Assembly: GCA_027491735.1 (NCBI GenBank)
Contig: JAOZGP010000036.1
Coordinates: forward strand, 1 to 53,207
Direction of reading: 5' to 3'
Origin: Thermoproteota archaeon
GTDB lineage: Archaea; Korarchaeota; Korarchaeia; Korarchaeales; Korarchaeaceae
Length of the DNA: 53,207 bases
Shown here: piece after piece, positions 38,374-47,976 of the stretch
Layout of the letters: every line of letters starts with the position of its first letter
How positions within the stretch are numbered: the stretch's first letter is position 1
Program-made: the position numbers and the translations under genes
Notes under the pieces: model-generated
Databases searched by the model: none
Told to the model about the DNA's origin: nothing
What the model saw: the letters and a program-made list of their open reading frames with translations, nothing else

Positions 38374-38814
38374 ATGAAGCTCTTTCTCTTGGATGATGAT
38401 GCAGTAGTGTTCTCATGGGCTAGAAGAGGAGAATGTTCGTTGAAGATAAACGAGCTGGCTGTTCTTAACGGAGAGCTAGTGGCATCATACTTCCAAGCAG
38501 CTGTCCTCGCTGCCCGGGTGGTTAGAGCTTTTAAAAAAGGCAAAAATCTAGCTCAGACCCCTGAAATTGAGCTCCTGTGTGTGGTGCTTGGGGAGAGGAA
38601 CATAAGCAGGGTGATAAAGCTCAGACCTGCAAGCGATAAGATCTTGGCTGTTTTCCTTTTCTCCAATAGAAAGGAAGCAATCAGGAAGTTTGTGGATATC
38701 TGTAGGAAGAACAGGATCGTTCCGATAGATAAATGCTTTAGTTTTGGGCGCGAAGAGCGCACCAGGATCTATCATCATCTGGAGAAGACGGTCCTCTTAG
38801 AGCTGGACAGATAA
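38374..38814 (+). CDS. cgi121: KEOPS subunit Cgi121
   Basis: RAFKKGKNLAQTPEIELLCVVLGERNISRVI pattern. Confidence 0.75.
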   Translation: MKLFLLDDDAVVFSWARRGECSLKINELAVLNGELVASYFQAAVLAARVVRAFKKGKNLAQTPEIELLCVVLGERNISRVIKLRPASDKILAVFLFSNRKEAIRKFVDICRKNRIVPIDKCFSFGREERTRIYHHLEKTVLLELDR

Positions 38815-38845
38815 CCTTATTACCAGACAGACGCCTCTCGTTCTG

Positions 38846-39196
38846 ATGGACATGTCCGCTGCTAGTGAGGACTTCGTTACCCTCAAGTATAGAGAACTTC
38901 TTGAGAAGATCGAGAACGCAAGGATACAGCTCGCTACATTCACATCAGAGCTGAAAAGCATCGAGGATGCCATCAAAAGGATAGAAGATCTTCCGAATGA
39001 TGCCGTCCTCTACGAGAAAGCAGGTCATGTGTTCATCAGAAGGAGCAAGGAGGAGACCTTGCTCGATCTTAAAGCACAAAGAGAGGCCCTCACAGCCCTT
39101 TTAGAACAGGTTAAAGATCAAAGGAGAAAGGCAGAAATGGAACTTCGTCAACTGGTCGAGAACGTTAGATCCGGGTCTGTGTCTCAAGCGACCTGA
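38846..39196 (+). CDS. pfdB: Prefoldin beta subunit
   Basis: Coiled coils around LYEKAGHVFI hairpin. Confidence 0.85.
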   Translation: MDMSAASEDFVTLKYRELLEKIENARIQLATFTSELKSIEDAIKRIEDLPNDAVLYEKAGHVFIRRSKEETLLDLKAQREALTALLEQVKDQRRKAEMELRQLVENVRSGSVSQAT

Positions 39197-40562
39197 TCAG
39201 CTCTTCTAAGAACTCCTTCAATTTTTGAGCAGGTATCAGCGCACCAGCAGCATCAGCGTGCCCTCCACCCCTTCCTCCATATGCCTCTCCGAGCTTCTTC
39301 GCAACATCATTTAAGTTAACGCCAGAGGATATCGATGCGGCCTTCCTAATCGATATCTTCATCATCTCGTGATCTGTCTCGGCATACCCAATCACAAAAG
39401 CTACTCCCCTCGTGTTTCTGCTGAGAATAGATACAAGAGTTCCTATTATTGTGTCCTTCACGAATCCCTCCCCTTCGACCAGAAGAATGCTCCCTCTCCT
39501 TGAGATGAGCTCACCCTTCTCAAACCTGCCGAGATATCTCATGAGAGCACGTCTGTACTCTGATAAAAGGTCAAAGGCTCTATTGACGAATTCCCCTCTC
39601 ATCCCTTGAGCGACAAAAAGTCCTATATATGGGGCTCCAACCCTTCCACAGGCATTTAAGACTGTGGCGAAGCTTCTGAGATCTCGAAGTGGTGATCCTC
39701 TTTTCTCCCTTCTCAATAGGTAAATCCTGCCCAGGAGAGCCTTTGGATCTCCTCCCGCGGACGATATCCTCTCAATGAGTTTGTTCAGGAGGACTTTCTT
39801 CTTATCCTCAGATAAATCCTCCAAAGTAGTCCATTTATCTCCTTTCTTGACGGGTATGTCAAGGTCCTCGAGCAGCTTGACTGCAGCTAGACTGTTGCCC
39901 GTGATGCCGGGTATGGTGGGGTCCACGGTTCTCTCCAGAGCGGCGGCCAGTGGATACTCCGGACCTCCAAACAACCGTATATCCCTCCTGACCTCGACAA
40001 GTCCGGAGCTTACGGCCTCATTGAGTATGCTGCTATTCATTCCGACCAGATCTCCAGATCTATTTATCTGCATATCTCCCAGGGCTCCTACTAGAGGGAT
40101 GTGAGGAGGTACTCCATTGCACATCTCTCTAGCTAGAAGATAGCAGACCCCAGCTCCTGATAGATCCAGATCTCCGTTAAGGCCAAAGTCAAAGGGATTA
40201 AGGTGCAGAACTCCATCTCCTGGCCTACCGTTGGGCATGTGATGATCCAAAATAAGCACGGTTCTATTCTTAAAGGTGGATTTTATGTCCTCAATGTATC
40301 CGGATCCGAGGTCGGAGAATATATTGAGAGGATAATCATCATTCGAGAGCTCCTCAAGGAGAGTAAGGCTGAGATACTTCACGAAGGTGACGTGATGAGG
40401 TACTCCCAGTCTCCTCAAAGCAAGAGATAGCACTGCTCCTGAGCTCAGGCCGTCAGCGTCGATGTGGGTTACTACACGAACTGGGACGAGATCTCCTTTT
40501 CTCCATCTTTCAAGAAGAAATGACGAGATCTTTCTTGCTTCCTCAGCTATCTTAAGCCGCAT
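39165..40562 (-). CDS. DHH phosphoesterase (RecJ/GAN/Cdc45-like)
   Basis: HIDADG, DLGSG, LDHH, GGGHADAAG; follows rps15. Confidence 0.92.
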   Translation of the reverse strand: MRLKIAEEARKISSFLLERWRKGDLVPVRVVTHIDADGLSSGAVLSLALRRLGVPHHVTFVKYLSLTLLEELSNDDYPLNIFSDLGSGYIEDIKSTFKNRTVLILDHHMPNGRPGDGVLHLNPFDFGLNGDLDLSGAGVCYLLAREMCNGVPPHIPLVGALGDMQINRSGDLVGMNSSILNEAVSSGLVEVRRDIRLFGGPEYPLAAALERTVDPTIPGITGNSLAAVKLLEDLDIPVKKGDKWTTLEDLSEDKKKVLLNKLIERISSAGGDPKALLGRIYLLRREKRGSPLRDLRSFATVLNACGRVGAPYIGLFVAQGMRGEFVNRAFDLLSEYRRALMRYLGRFEKGELISRRGSILLVEGEGFVKDTIIGTLVSILSRNTRGVAFVIGYAETDHEMMKISIRKAASISSGVNLNDVAKKLGEAYGGRGGGHADAAGALIPAQKLKEFLEELIRSLETQTRI

Positions 40563-41007
40563 ACAGCTCGGCGATCTCCGGAGTGTATTTCCAATTCTTC
40601 GGAAGCTTCCCGGTCCTCTTGTAATACTTAACGAGTCGGTGGATCTTAGCCTCTATGAGGCCGAGACCTCTCTTGGCAACTAGATCTTTTCTATGGAATT
40701 CTAGGTGTTTTCTTACCCTGTAGGCCCTCTTTATGAGGTTTTCTAGGTCTTCAGGAATTTCCGGTTTCAATCCATGCTTCTCAAGGATCCTAGTCACCTT
40801 TTCTCCGATCACCCTCTTGATGAGAGGAACTCCGTACTCGTCCCTGAGGATCATGCCTATCTCACTCGGTTTATGACCCTTCTTGGCCAACTTGACAACA
40901 AGCTCCTCTATTTCCTCACTGCTCAGAGGAACCCAACTTAGATCTACATGAGCGTGCGGTCTTTTAGAGGCGGATCTTCCTCTCTTTCTGCTGTGCATCC
41001 TGGCCAA
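40552..41007 (-). CDS. rps15: Ribosomal protein uS15
   Basis: MARMHSRKRGRS, IGMILRDEYG, KIHRLVKYYK. Confidence 0.97.
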   Translation of the reverse strand: MARMHSRKRGRSASKRPHAHVDLSWVPLSSEEIEELVVKLAKKGHKPSEIGMILRDEYGVPLIKRVIGEKVTRILEKHGLKPEIPEDLENLIKRAYRVRKHLEFHRKDLVAKRGLGLIEAKIHRLVKYYKRTGKLPKNWKYTPEIAELYAA

Positions 41008-41056
41008 ATCAACACCCTGCTTAGAGAGTTCTCCTCATCCATTAAAAATTGTTTCC

Positions 41057-41623
41057 TTAGTAGAACAAGCTTTCAATTATCGAAATAAGTTTTCCCACAG
41101 CTCTCCCCCTATGGGAGAACCTGTCTTTATGCTTCCCCAGCTCGCCGAAGGTAAGCCCGCCAGCTCCATGTGGCTGGAATATAGGATCAAAGCCCCATCC
41201 TTCTCCTCTCATGCTCTGGGGGATCGTTCCGTGAACCCTACCTTCTATCACAAAAATCCTTCTGGAGTCCGCAACGAATGCTATGGAGGAGACAAATTCG
41301 GCTGATCTGTCAACTTCATTGCTCATTAACCTCAGTATACCCTTGCAACCTATTTTCCTGAAGACATAAGAGGAGTAGGGTCCTGGAAATCCTCCGAGGC
41401 ATCTTATAAACAACCCTGAATCCTCCACGAAAAAAGGAGGATCAATGGCATTCTCTTTGATCAATGTATGGGCTGACTTAAGGACTATTTCTCTATTGGC
41501 ATCTCCTCTAGGCTCTTCATATCTTGCTCGAATCCATAAAACATTGATCTTCCTCTTTTTGAACATTCTCCTGATTTCTTCAAACTTGTGTTCATTACTT
41601 GTGACGAATCTAATATCAGCCAT
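41057..41623 (-). CDS. rdgB: Non-canonical purine NTP pyrophosphatase (RdgB/HAM1)
   Basis: TSNEHK, EDSGL, GFPGPYS, GFDPIF, SHRGRA. Confidence 0.95.
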   Translation of the reverse strand: MADIRFVTSNEHKFEEIRRMFKKRKINVLWIRARYEEPRGDANREIVLKSAHTLIKENAIDPPFFVEDSGLFIRCLGGFPGPYSSYVFRKIGCKGILRLMSNEVDRSAEFVSSIAFVADSRRIFVIEGRVHGTIPQSMRGEGWGFDPIFQPHGAGGLTFGELGKHKDRFSHRGRAVGKLISIIESLFY

Positions 41624-42227
41624 GGTATCGACCTCTCCTCCTCACCTGGTGGATTCTCTTCAGTACATGCTCAGCCTCATCTCCCATGATCGCTCTATAT
41701 CCTTTGATGAACGCTTTAAGAAAGAGTTCAGAATGATCTAAAGAGGATCTCACGGATCTCTCAAGAACCAGAAGATCGACGGCTCTCTCCTCAACAGAAG
41801 ACGAGAACTCCCCAAGGCCAAAATCCAAGATACAAAGCTTCCCCTCATAAACGATCACATTAGCTACGGTGAGATCGTTGTGTGATATACCAGCAAGATG
41901 TAATCGGCCTACGAGAATCCCCAACTCCTCTCCTAACCTTTCGTTTTCCTCAGGATTTCTCCTCAGGTAGTCATCCAATCTCTCACCAGGAACGTATTCC
42001 ATTACGATCTCATGATTTTTGACGTCAAACACGAAAGGCACTCTGACCCCTGCCTTTCTGGCGGCCACTATGAGCTTGACTTCTCTCCTAGTTCTTGCTC
42101 TCCTCAGCTTGTAATCGAGCTCACTGACTCTATATCTCTTCCTCACACGAACCTTCCTGATGACCTTCTCCCCAGAGATCTTGTCAAGGTAGACGAGGGC
42201 CTCAGCTCCCGAGGATAGGATCTTCAT
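41616..42227 (-). CDS. bud32: KEOPS kinase Bud32
   Basis: GAEA, KRYR, HNDLT, DFGLG, AVDL, RRRGRY C-terminus. Confidence 0.94.
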   Translation of the reverse strand: MKILSSGAEALVYLDKISGEKVIRKVRVRKRYRVSELDYKLRRARTRREVKLIVAARKAGVRVPFVFDVKNHEIVMEYVPGERLDDYLRRNPEENERLGEELGILVGRLHLAGISHNDLTVANVIVYEGKLCILDFGLGEFSSSVEERAVDLLVLERSVRSSLDHSELFLKAFIKGYRAIMGDEAEHVLKRIHQVRRRGRYHG

Positions 42228-42231
42228 AGGA

Positions 42232-42891
42232 TCACCTGAAACCCCACTCCCCCCTCAATGGGACAAACGCCACGTCCGTTATGGCCTTCTCCATGATACG
42301 AGATCCTTTCTTCTCAATGAGAACGAGTTTCTGGGCGAAGAACGGGGTATCTCCAACTGGTATGACGATCTTTCCTCCATCCTCCAACATCTCCACCAAG
42401 GGTCTTGGGACTCTGGGGGCAGCAGCTGTGACGAGTATCCTCTCCGGCTTCCTCTTGAACTTTAACCCCTTGCTTCCATCGCAGGCTACAACGGAAACCC
42501 TATCATGATACCCGGCCCTTCTCAAATTCTCCCAGGCGAACTTAGCGAGAGGTTCCAGTATCTCAGAAGTTATGACCTTGCCTCCAGGGGAGATCATCTC
42601 TGCCACGGTAGCTGCATGGTAACCGCTCCCGCTTCCTACCTCAAAGACGAGCATGCCCTCTCTGAGATCCAAAAGCTCGTTCATCATGAACACCATGTGG
42701 GGCGCACTTATAGTCTGTCCGTGCCCTATAGGCAGGGGGGTGTCTCTATAAGCATACTTCCTCAGCTTTGGAGGAACAAATAACTCTCTTTTGACTAAAA
42801 GGGCAGCTCTTTTAGTCCTCTCACTTCTTAATATCCCTATGCTCTCCAGCCTCTTGACGAGCCCGATCCTCTCCTCCTCAAGTGACGGCAT
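42232..42891 (-). CDS. pcm: Protein-L-isoaspartate O-methyltransferase
   Basis: GQTISAPHM, EVGSGSGYHAA, VAFVPL; start at ATG 42891. Confidence 0.95.
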   Translation of the reverse strand: MPSLEEERIGLVKRLESIGILRSERTKRAALLVKRELFVPPKLRKYAYRDTPLPIGHGQTISAPHMVFMMNELLDLREGMLVFEVGSGSGYHAATVAEMISPGGKVITSEILEPLAKFAWENLRRAGYHDRVSVVACDGSKGLKFKRKPERILVTAAAPRVPRPLVEMLEDGGKIVIPVGDTPFFAQKLVLIEKKGSRIMEKAITDVAFVPLRGEWGFR

Positions 42892-42919
42892 ATTTTTATC
42901 TACCTCTCCAGGAACTGGA

Positions 42920-43360
42920 ATGGATGTGTTCGTCATAAAGTTCAGGGGGCATCCCAACATATCGGCCAAGCACAAAACTACCCTCCAGATAACTAAGGAT
43001 GAACACATAACTAAGAGGGCTGATTGCGTGATAGGAGTCATGGCCTCCCATGCAGTTAAGGATCTTCCAGAATGGCTCAAGATCTATTTAAGGTCCGGGG
43101 GAGAGTTGATCCTGGAGATTGTGGTGACTGGAGAGGTCTTTAGAGTATCTGGTAGAGGATCGCCTGAGCTGAAGCTCAGCCATTCCACAGATATCGTGGT
43201 CAGGAAGTCGAGCTACGTAGATAGCAGAACCCTGATGATCAACGCAGATAAGTCGGCTGCAGACATACCTCACCGTCTGGTTAATCGTCTCAGGAAGATC
43301 GAGTGGTTCGAAGCGAGGCTTCTCCCAAAAAACCTTGTTTTATGGGATCAAAAGGCTTAA
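42920..43360 (+). CDS. DUF371 family protein
   Basis: GHPNISAKHKTTLQIT..ADCVIGV..VVRKSSY; start at ATG 42920. Confidence 0.88.
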   Translation: MDVFVIKFRGHPNISAKHKTTLQITKDEHITKRADCVIGVMASHAVKDLPEWLKIYLRSGGELILEIVVTGEVFRVSGRGSPELKLSHSTDIVVRKSSYVDSRTLMINADKSAADIPHRLVNRLRKIEWFEARLLPKNLVLWDQKA

Positions 43361-44420
43361 TGATCTCTCTCAGGAAGGATGTGGCATAGGCTCCACTTCT
43401 AAGGTCAAATACTAGGATGGCGTCTCGGCTCATAGGCCTGATTCTCAGGTGGAAGGCTACCTCCAAAGCTCTCCTGAGGTCTCCTAGGGCCGAGGCCTCA
43501 GGAATCTCCTTTATAAGAAAGCTCTCTAACCCAATTCCTTCATCTCTGAGGAGCGAGTTGAGAAAATCTCTTGTCTGTTCGTGTTTGACCCTAGTATATG
43601 CTCCTGGGACAGGAAGCAGGAGAGCTCCCTCACAAGGATAAGAGCGCGTCCACCCATGTTGATCCAAGACAAAATCCCCCGGTTTCGGATCAAGAAGACT
43701 TTTTTCGATCCGAAAGGACAGTATCCTGTTGAACAGGTAGGATTGATAAGCCTGTACATATATCCTGAGTACTCTGGTTCCCAATTTTCTCAGTGCTCCT
43801 ATAGGATCGAGGGGATTCTTCATCAGGTGATCCCTTACCTTCACCTCAGGAAATCCTCCCTTAGCGGCTAGAGCCTCTGCCGCGCATCTAAACTCTCTTC
43901 TAAGAAGAAGTCTTCCTATGTCGTGATTCAACGGAGTTGATGAACCGAATCTCTGGTAAGAGAAGTAGTTCGGAAATGTCCTCAGGTCTTCAGAGGGTTC
44001 GATCTCAGAAGAAATCCCTCTAATCCTGACGATAAATCTATTTCCCCAGTTCAGTCCCGGACCCAGGTGATCCTCTCTGAAACCAACCATCCTGACTATC
44101 AACCTTCTGGGAACTCTGATCTCATTCCTCAATATTTTTCTTGCCGTAAAGAACTGAAAAGATATCGAGAACTTATCCTTCATCCCACAAAACTTGGTTC
44201 TACACCTAAGTAACTTCTCTATATGATTTTTAAGCGTTAAAAAATCCAGAGGGGCTAGTTTAGCGACGACGAAGAGAGGCACTCTCCCTTCATCTTCTCT
44301 ACCACAAATAAGACATTCTGTAGCCAGCTTTCCGTCCAATATCTCGTCTACTATGAAGTCGCTTGCTTTGGTCCTCAGAGCTCCACCAGTTCCGCTGTAT
44401 TTAGTCATGTACGAGGTCAT
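43290..44420 (-). CDS. truD: tRNA pseudouridine(13) synthase TruD/Pus7
   Basis: DFIVDE, GMKDK, GNRF, PNYFSYQRFG, GAYATSFLRE. Confidence 0.93.
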   Translation of the reverse strand: MTSYMTKYSGTGGALRTKASDFIVDEILDGKLATECLICGREDEGRVPLFVVAKLAPLDFLTLKNHIEKLLRCRTKFCGMKDKFSISFQFFTARKILRNEIRVPRRLIVRMVGFREDHLGPGLNWGNRFIVRIRGISSEIEPSEDLRTFPNYFSYQRFGSSTPLNHDIGRLLLRREFRCAAEALAAKGGFPEVKVRDHLMKNPLDPIGALRKLGTRVLRIYVQAYQSYLFNRILSFRIEKSLLDPKPGDFVLDQHGWTRSYPCEGALLLPVPGAYTRVKHEQTRDFLNSLLRDEGIGLESFLIKEIPEASALGDLRRALEVAFHLRIRPMSRDAILVFDLRSGAYATSFLREIIKPFDPIKQGFLGEASLRTTRSS

Positions 44421-44454
44421 TCCCAGTAAACAGTCAAGATTCGAGGGCAGAGGA

Positions 44455-44817
44455 TCACCTCAGGGTCTTGAGATGTCCTGTGATCTTGTCTATTTTCTTC
44501 GATTCCTCGGGACCTATCCCAACAGCCGTTTTAGTTCCCGGTGGTATCTCGGTGTATCCAGCGTCCACCACAAGTGCACAGGGAAGACCCGCTCTCCTAG
44601 CCTTTTCGTAGATGCTAATGAGCTCTCCCTCCGAGTTGACTTCCAGGACTATCTTCTTCCCTCCTTGTAGGAGCCAGGATCTCCATATATCATAGCACTT
44701 TTTCCTAGCCTCCTTCGCTGATAAACAGGCTGCGTGGGCAGCTTGCGCAGCTATCTTCCCCCTACTCATCCTTATGTCTGCCCTTATAACGAGCACCTGT
44801 TTAATGTCGGATCCCAC
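44455..44817 (-). CDS. pth2: Peptidyl-tRNA hydrolase Pth2
   Basis: GKIAAQAAHA, DAGYTEI, GIGP. Confidence 0.96.
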   Translation of the reverse strand: MGSDIKQVLVIRADIRMSRGKIAAQAAHAACLSAKEARKKCYDIWRSWLLQGGKKIVLEVNSEGELISIYEKARRAGLPCALVVDAGYTEIPPGTKTAVGIGPEESKKIDKITGHLKTLR

Positions 44818-44878
44818 AGAAAAACTACTTCAGACAAACTTTTACTTTTAGCCCTTCCTTAGTAGGATTTAAGGGAAG

Positions 44879-45904
44879 ATGGGAGTCAAGCTTGGGGATC
44901 TAGTTGTAAGACATGAGATATCGCTCAAGGACTTATCGAGAAGAAAAGTCGCTGTGGATGCCTTCAATGCAATGCATCAATTCTTAGCTAAGATACGCCA
45001 ACCTGACGGCTCTCCTCTGAAGACTTCACGAGGAGAGATAACATCCGTTCACTCGGGTGTCCTTTACAGGACAGCCAATCTCCTGGAGAACGGGATAGTA
45101 CCTGTATACGTGTTCGATGGCGAACCTCCCACCTTCAAACAGGAAACCGTGGAAAAGAGGAGAGAGGTAAGAGAAGAAGCTAAAAGAAGGTGGGAGGAGG
45201 CTTTAAAAATCGGTGATCTGGAATCAGCTCAAAAATACGCTCAGGCAGCTCTCCTTCTGACCGACGAAATGATAGAAGATGCAAAAAAGATCCTTAGATA
45301 TATGGGTGTCCCGGTGGTCCAGGCTCCCTCAGAGGGAGAAGCTCAAGCGGCGTATATGGCCAGGGAAGGAGACGTCTGGGCAGCAGTCTCTCAAGACTAC
45401 GACTCTCTTCTGTTCGGATCTCCCAGACTTGTCAGAAACCTGACAATAACTGGAAAAAGAAAGCTTCCTGGTCGCAAGGTCTTCGTTGAGACTCCTCCGG
45501 AGCTCATCCTCCTGGACGAGGTACTCAGAAACAATGGAATAAAGAGAGAGCAGCTCGTGCTGATCGGAATCCTCATTGGAACGGATTACAATCCAGGAAT
45601 AAAAGGTATAGGCCCGAAAAGAGCTCTTGAAATAGTTAGGATGTTTAAAGATCCGGAAAGCGTGAAGAAAGTTGTTGGATGGTCTCAGGAGCTGGATATG
45701 ATGGAGATCTACGAGTTCTTCTTGAATCCTCCTGTCACGAACGAGTATTCAGTAGAGCTTTCCCCTCCTGACCCTGAAACCTTGATCAAGTTCATGGTGG
45801 ACGAACATGAATTCTCGGAGAGCAGGGTCAGGAGAGTTGTGGAGAAGATCGAGGCTGCATATCAGTCTCTGACAAGAAAAGGGCTTGAAGAATGGTTCTC
45901 CTAA
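44879..45904 (+). CDS. fen: Flap endonuclease 1
   Basis: MGV start, VFDG, EGEAQAA, SQDYD, GTDY, C-terminal PIP-like GLEEWF. Confidence 0.97.
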   Translation: MGVKLGDLVVRHEISLKDLSRRKVAVDAFNAMHQFLAKIRQPDGSPLKTSRGEITSVHSGVLYRTANLLENGIVPVYVFDGEPPTFKQETVEKRREVREEAKRRWEEALKIGDLESAQKYAQAALLLTDEMIEDAKKILRYMGVPVVQAPSEGEAQAAYMAREGDVWAAVSQDYDSLLFGSPRLVRNLTITGKRKLPGRKVFVETPPELILLDEVLRNNGIKREQLVLIGILIGTDYNPGIKGIGPKRALEIVRMFKDPESVKKVVGWSQELDMMEIYEFFLNPPVTNEYSVELSPPDPETLIKFMVDEHEFSESRVRRVVEKIEAAYQSLTRKGLEEWFS

Positions 45905-45937
45905 CGACTTCGAGGGATTCTAAAACTGAAATTATGG

Positions 45938-46189
45938 TTATTCCTCATCTGGAGCTATGTATCGGATTTTCTCCGTCAGCTCTATGGTCAGGGTGCCCTT
46001 TCTAGCTTCATAAACCATCGCCTTACCATTTATCTCCAATTTCATCAGTGCCCTCTCTATGTCCGCTATGGATACGGAGGGATCTCTTGACCTCAACAGC
46101 TCAAAGAGCTCCCTATCTGTCATAGCTCTTCCTTTCTCCCTTAACACCTTGTACACCATGTACCAAAAAGGAAAACGGGCCTTCTCCAA
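45938..46189 (-). CDS. Small winged-helix protein, function unknown
   Basis: MTDRELFELL..DIERALMKLEING pattern. Confidence 0.6.
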   Translation of the reverse strand: MEKARFPFWYMVYKVLREKGRAMTDRELFELLRSRDPSVSIADIERALMKLEINGKAMVYEARKGTLTIELTEKIRYIAPDEE

Positions 46190-46199
46190 ATTAGTCCCC

Positions 46200-46469
46200 T
46201 CAGACCCTGCTTATCCTCTCCAGCTCGAAGGAGCTTATTCCGTCAATGGATCTTAAGATGTTCTCCACGAGATCAGAGATGCTATCCTCTCCCTCTGGAG
46301 CGGTTATCAGTAGCTCGATCTCGACCAATCCGAAGGCCAGAGGTTTCTCTTTGGAGTCTTCTATTCTACCTTTTATCTCCTTAAGCCTCTCATTTATCTC
46401 GGAGAGAAGATCTGCTCTGTTCTTCTCCACATCAGGTATTATCCTATACAGAAGGGAGACCTTTCCCAT
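46200..46469 (-). CDS. ef1b: Elongation factor 1-beta
   Basis: PLAFGL motif; size; follows the zinc-finger gene. Confidence 0.92.
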   Translation of the reverse strand: MGKVSLLYRIIPDVEKNRADLLSEINERLKEIKGRIEDSKEKPLAFGLVEIELLITAPEGEDSISDLVENILRSIDGISSFELERISRV

Positions 46470-46481
46470 ATGCTCGACACC

Positions 46482-46712
46482 TCATGGACCTCTGAAGCCA
46501 CAGTTCGGGCATATGTACTCATTGGAGTGCTTTCTACACATATTGCACCTCACTATAATGGTTTCTCCACAGTTTGGACATGAGAAAACGACAACACCTC
46601 TCTCGTAGGTCACCCTCCTACCACATGAGGTGCAGTAGAGCTCCTCATCCAGTTTTACAAGATCCATCTTCAGCGGTCTTCTCTCGGACATGTGATCAAC
46701 CCCCTTCTTCAC
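46482..46712 (-). CDS. Small zinc-finger protein (DUF1610/HVO_2753-like)
   Basis: CTSC, CPNCG, CNMC, CPNCGFRGP. Confidence 0.9.
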   Translation of the reverse strand: MKKGVDHMSERRPLKMDLVKLDEELYCTSCGRRVTYERGVVVFSCPNCGETIIVRCNMCRKHSNEYICPNCGFRGP

Positions 46713-47740
46713 TCACTACTAGGTCGAGTTCCCAAGGCTGATATAAACTTCTCCGTCAGACGGAGGGTGTAGGTTCTCCCCTTCCTCCTCCTCTCGACGA
46801 TCTTCTTATCTACCATCTCAGCTATTACCCTGCTGACCTTTGGTCTGGAGTATCCAGTTATCTCGGCCAGCTCTTCTTGGCTGATCTCTCCCTTCTCAAG
46901 GAGGATATCAACTATCCTCCTTTCATCCTCCGAGAAAAACTGTAAGAGGTCAAGGGTAGCTCTTCTAATAAGATCTCTTCTCTTGGAGATGTAATAAGCA
47001 GCAATGACTCCTAAAGCACAGCTCAATACTGAAACAACTATCAGATCGATGGGAGGAGCGAGGGAATTCTCTTGAGTTTTTATTTTCGGTAAGGTCATGT
47101 TTCCGACTGATATTCTAATTATGGAAGCTCTTTCAGATATGAGCGCCTTCAATGTGCTTTCCGTCTTAGGGCTAAGGCTGTTTCCTATGACGTAGATCTT
47201 CCTAACTCCATTAAGAACCTTGAGAAGCTCTGGCATCGTCTTTGGAAGAGTCCCATTCATTGTGTATATTATGGGAGAGGATGTTTCTATCGACTTCTCT
47301 AGGGCAGGTAGGTAGAGCTCCGGTTTTAATCCATCAACAAGAACTATGCCCTTGGCATCCTTCCAGTAATACGACGCCAGGTTTATAGAGGTCTCGGCCC
47401 TAGTAAGTCCTCCAACTCTCACACACCTGACTCCCATGCCTTCCAGTTCGCCTACAAAGTAGTCCGGAACAGCCATGGGGTCTCCAACTATAAGGACGGT
47501 GGTGTTTCTCTCGAACCTGGCAAGTCCTCCTATCAGGTTTAGAACTTCTCTATCATTTTTTCCTGGAAACAGCTGAACTACGAAGGATCCTATCTTGTGT
47601 GCATAGGCCATGGACACGGTCCAATCCGGGTAGATATCTCCCCTGACTATTATCACAGCAAATATTTGCTGAGCACTCAGTGGGAGGGCTGAGAAGATCA
47701 CCACAACTGAGATGAGAGCTAAGGCCATATGCAATCTCAT
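46709..47740 (-). CDS. Signal peptide + extracellular domain + TM + winged-HTH protein
   Basis: Hydrophobic N-terminus; RVGGLTRAETS (cell-wall-binding-2-like); TM; EDERRIV..SQEEL..SRPKVSRVI HTH. Confidence 0.75.
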   Translation of the reverse strand: MRLHMALALISVVVIFSALPLSAQQIFAVIIVRGDIYPDWTVSMAYAHKIGSFVVQLFPGKNDREVLNLIGGLARFERNTTVLIVGDPMAVPDYFVGELEGMGVRCVRVGGLTRAETSINLASYYWKDAKGIVLVDGLKPELYLPALEKSIETSSPIIYTMNGTLPKTMPELLKVLNGVRKIYVIGNSLSPKTESTLKALISERASIIRISVGNMTLPKIKTQENSLAPPIDLIVVSVLSCALGVIAAYYISKRRDLIRRATLDLLQFFSEDERRIVDILLEKGEISQEELAEITGYSRPKVSRVIAEMVDKKIVERRRKGRTYTLRLTEKFISALGTRPSSE

Positions 47741-47772
47741 GGGAACTCCCTGATGTCAGCTCAAATGTTGAA

Positions 47773-47847
47773 TGGGCCCGCGGGGCTTCGAACCCCGGAC
47801 CTCCCGGTTATCAGCCGGGCGCTCTATCCAGGCTGAGCCACGGGCCC
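47773..47847 (-). tRNA. tRNA-Ile(GAU)
   Basis: CCCGG-CT-GAT-AA-CCGGG; full cloverleaf. Confidence 0.97.
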
Positions 47848-47857
47848 TGCTGCAAAG

Positions 47858-47931
47858 TGGACCGAGGGGGCTTCGAACCCCCGACCTCCGCCTTGCGAAG
47901 GCGGCGCGCTACCGGACTGCGCCACCGGCCC
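47858..47931 (-). tRNA. tRNA-Ala(CGC)
   Basis: CCGCC-TT-CGC-AA-GGCGG, G3-U70; 10 nt upstream of tRNA-Ile(GAU). Confidence 0.96.
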
Positions 47932-47976
47932 AGATCGAGGATGAGATCTCGAAATAAAAAAGGTTTTCGTCGAACG

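Noticed and set aside
38298-38543. Long N-terminal extensions in the ORF track (also gcvPA, pcm, DUF371, rio1, rnp4)
   Set aside because: They overlap neighbouring genes or intergenic DNA and lack family similarity; downstream ATGs fit better
38374-42227. cgi121 and bud32 without kae1/pcc1
   Set aside because: KEOPS genes are often scattered; absence from one window is uninformative
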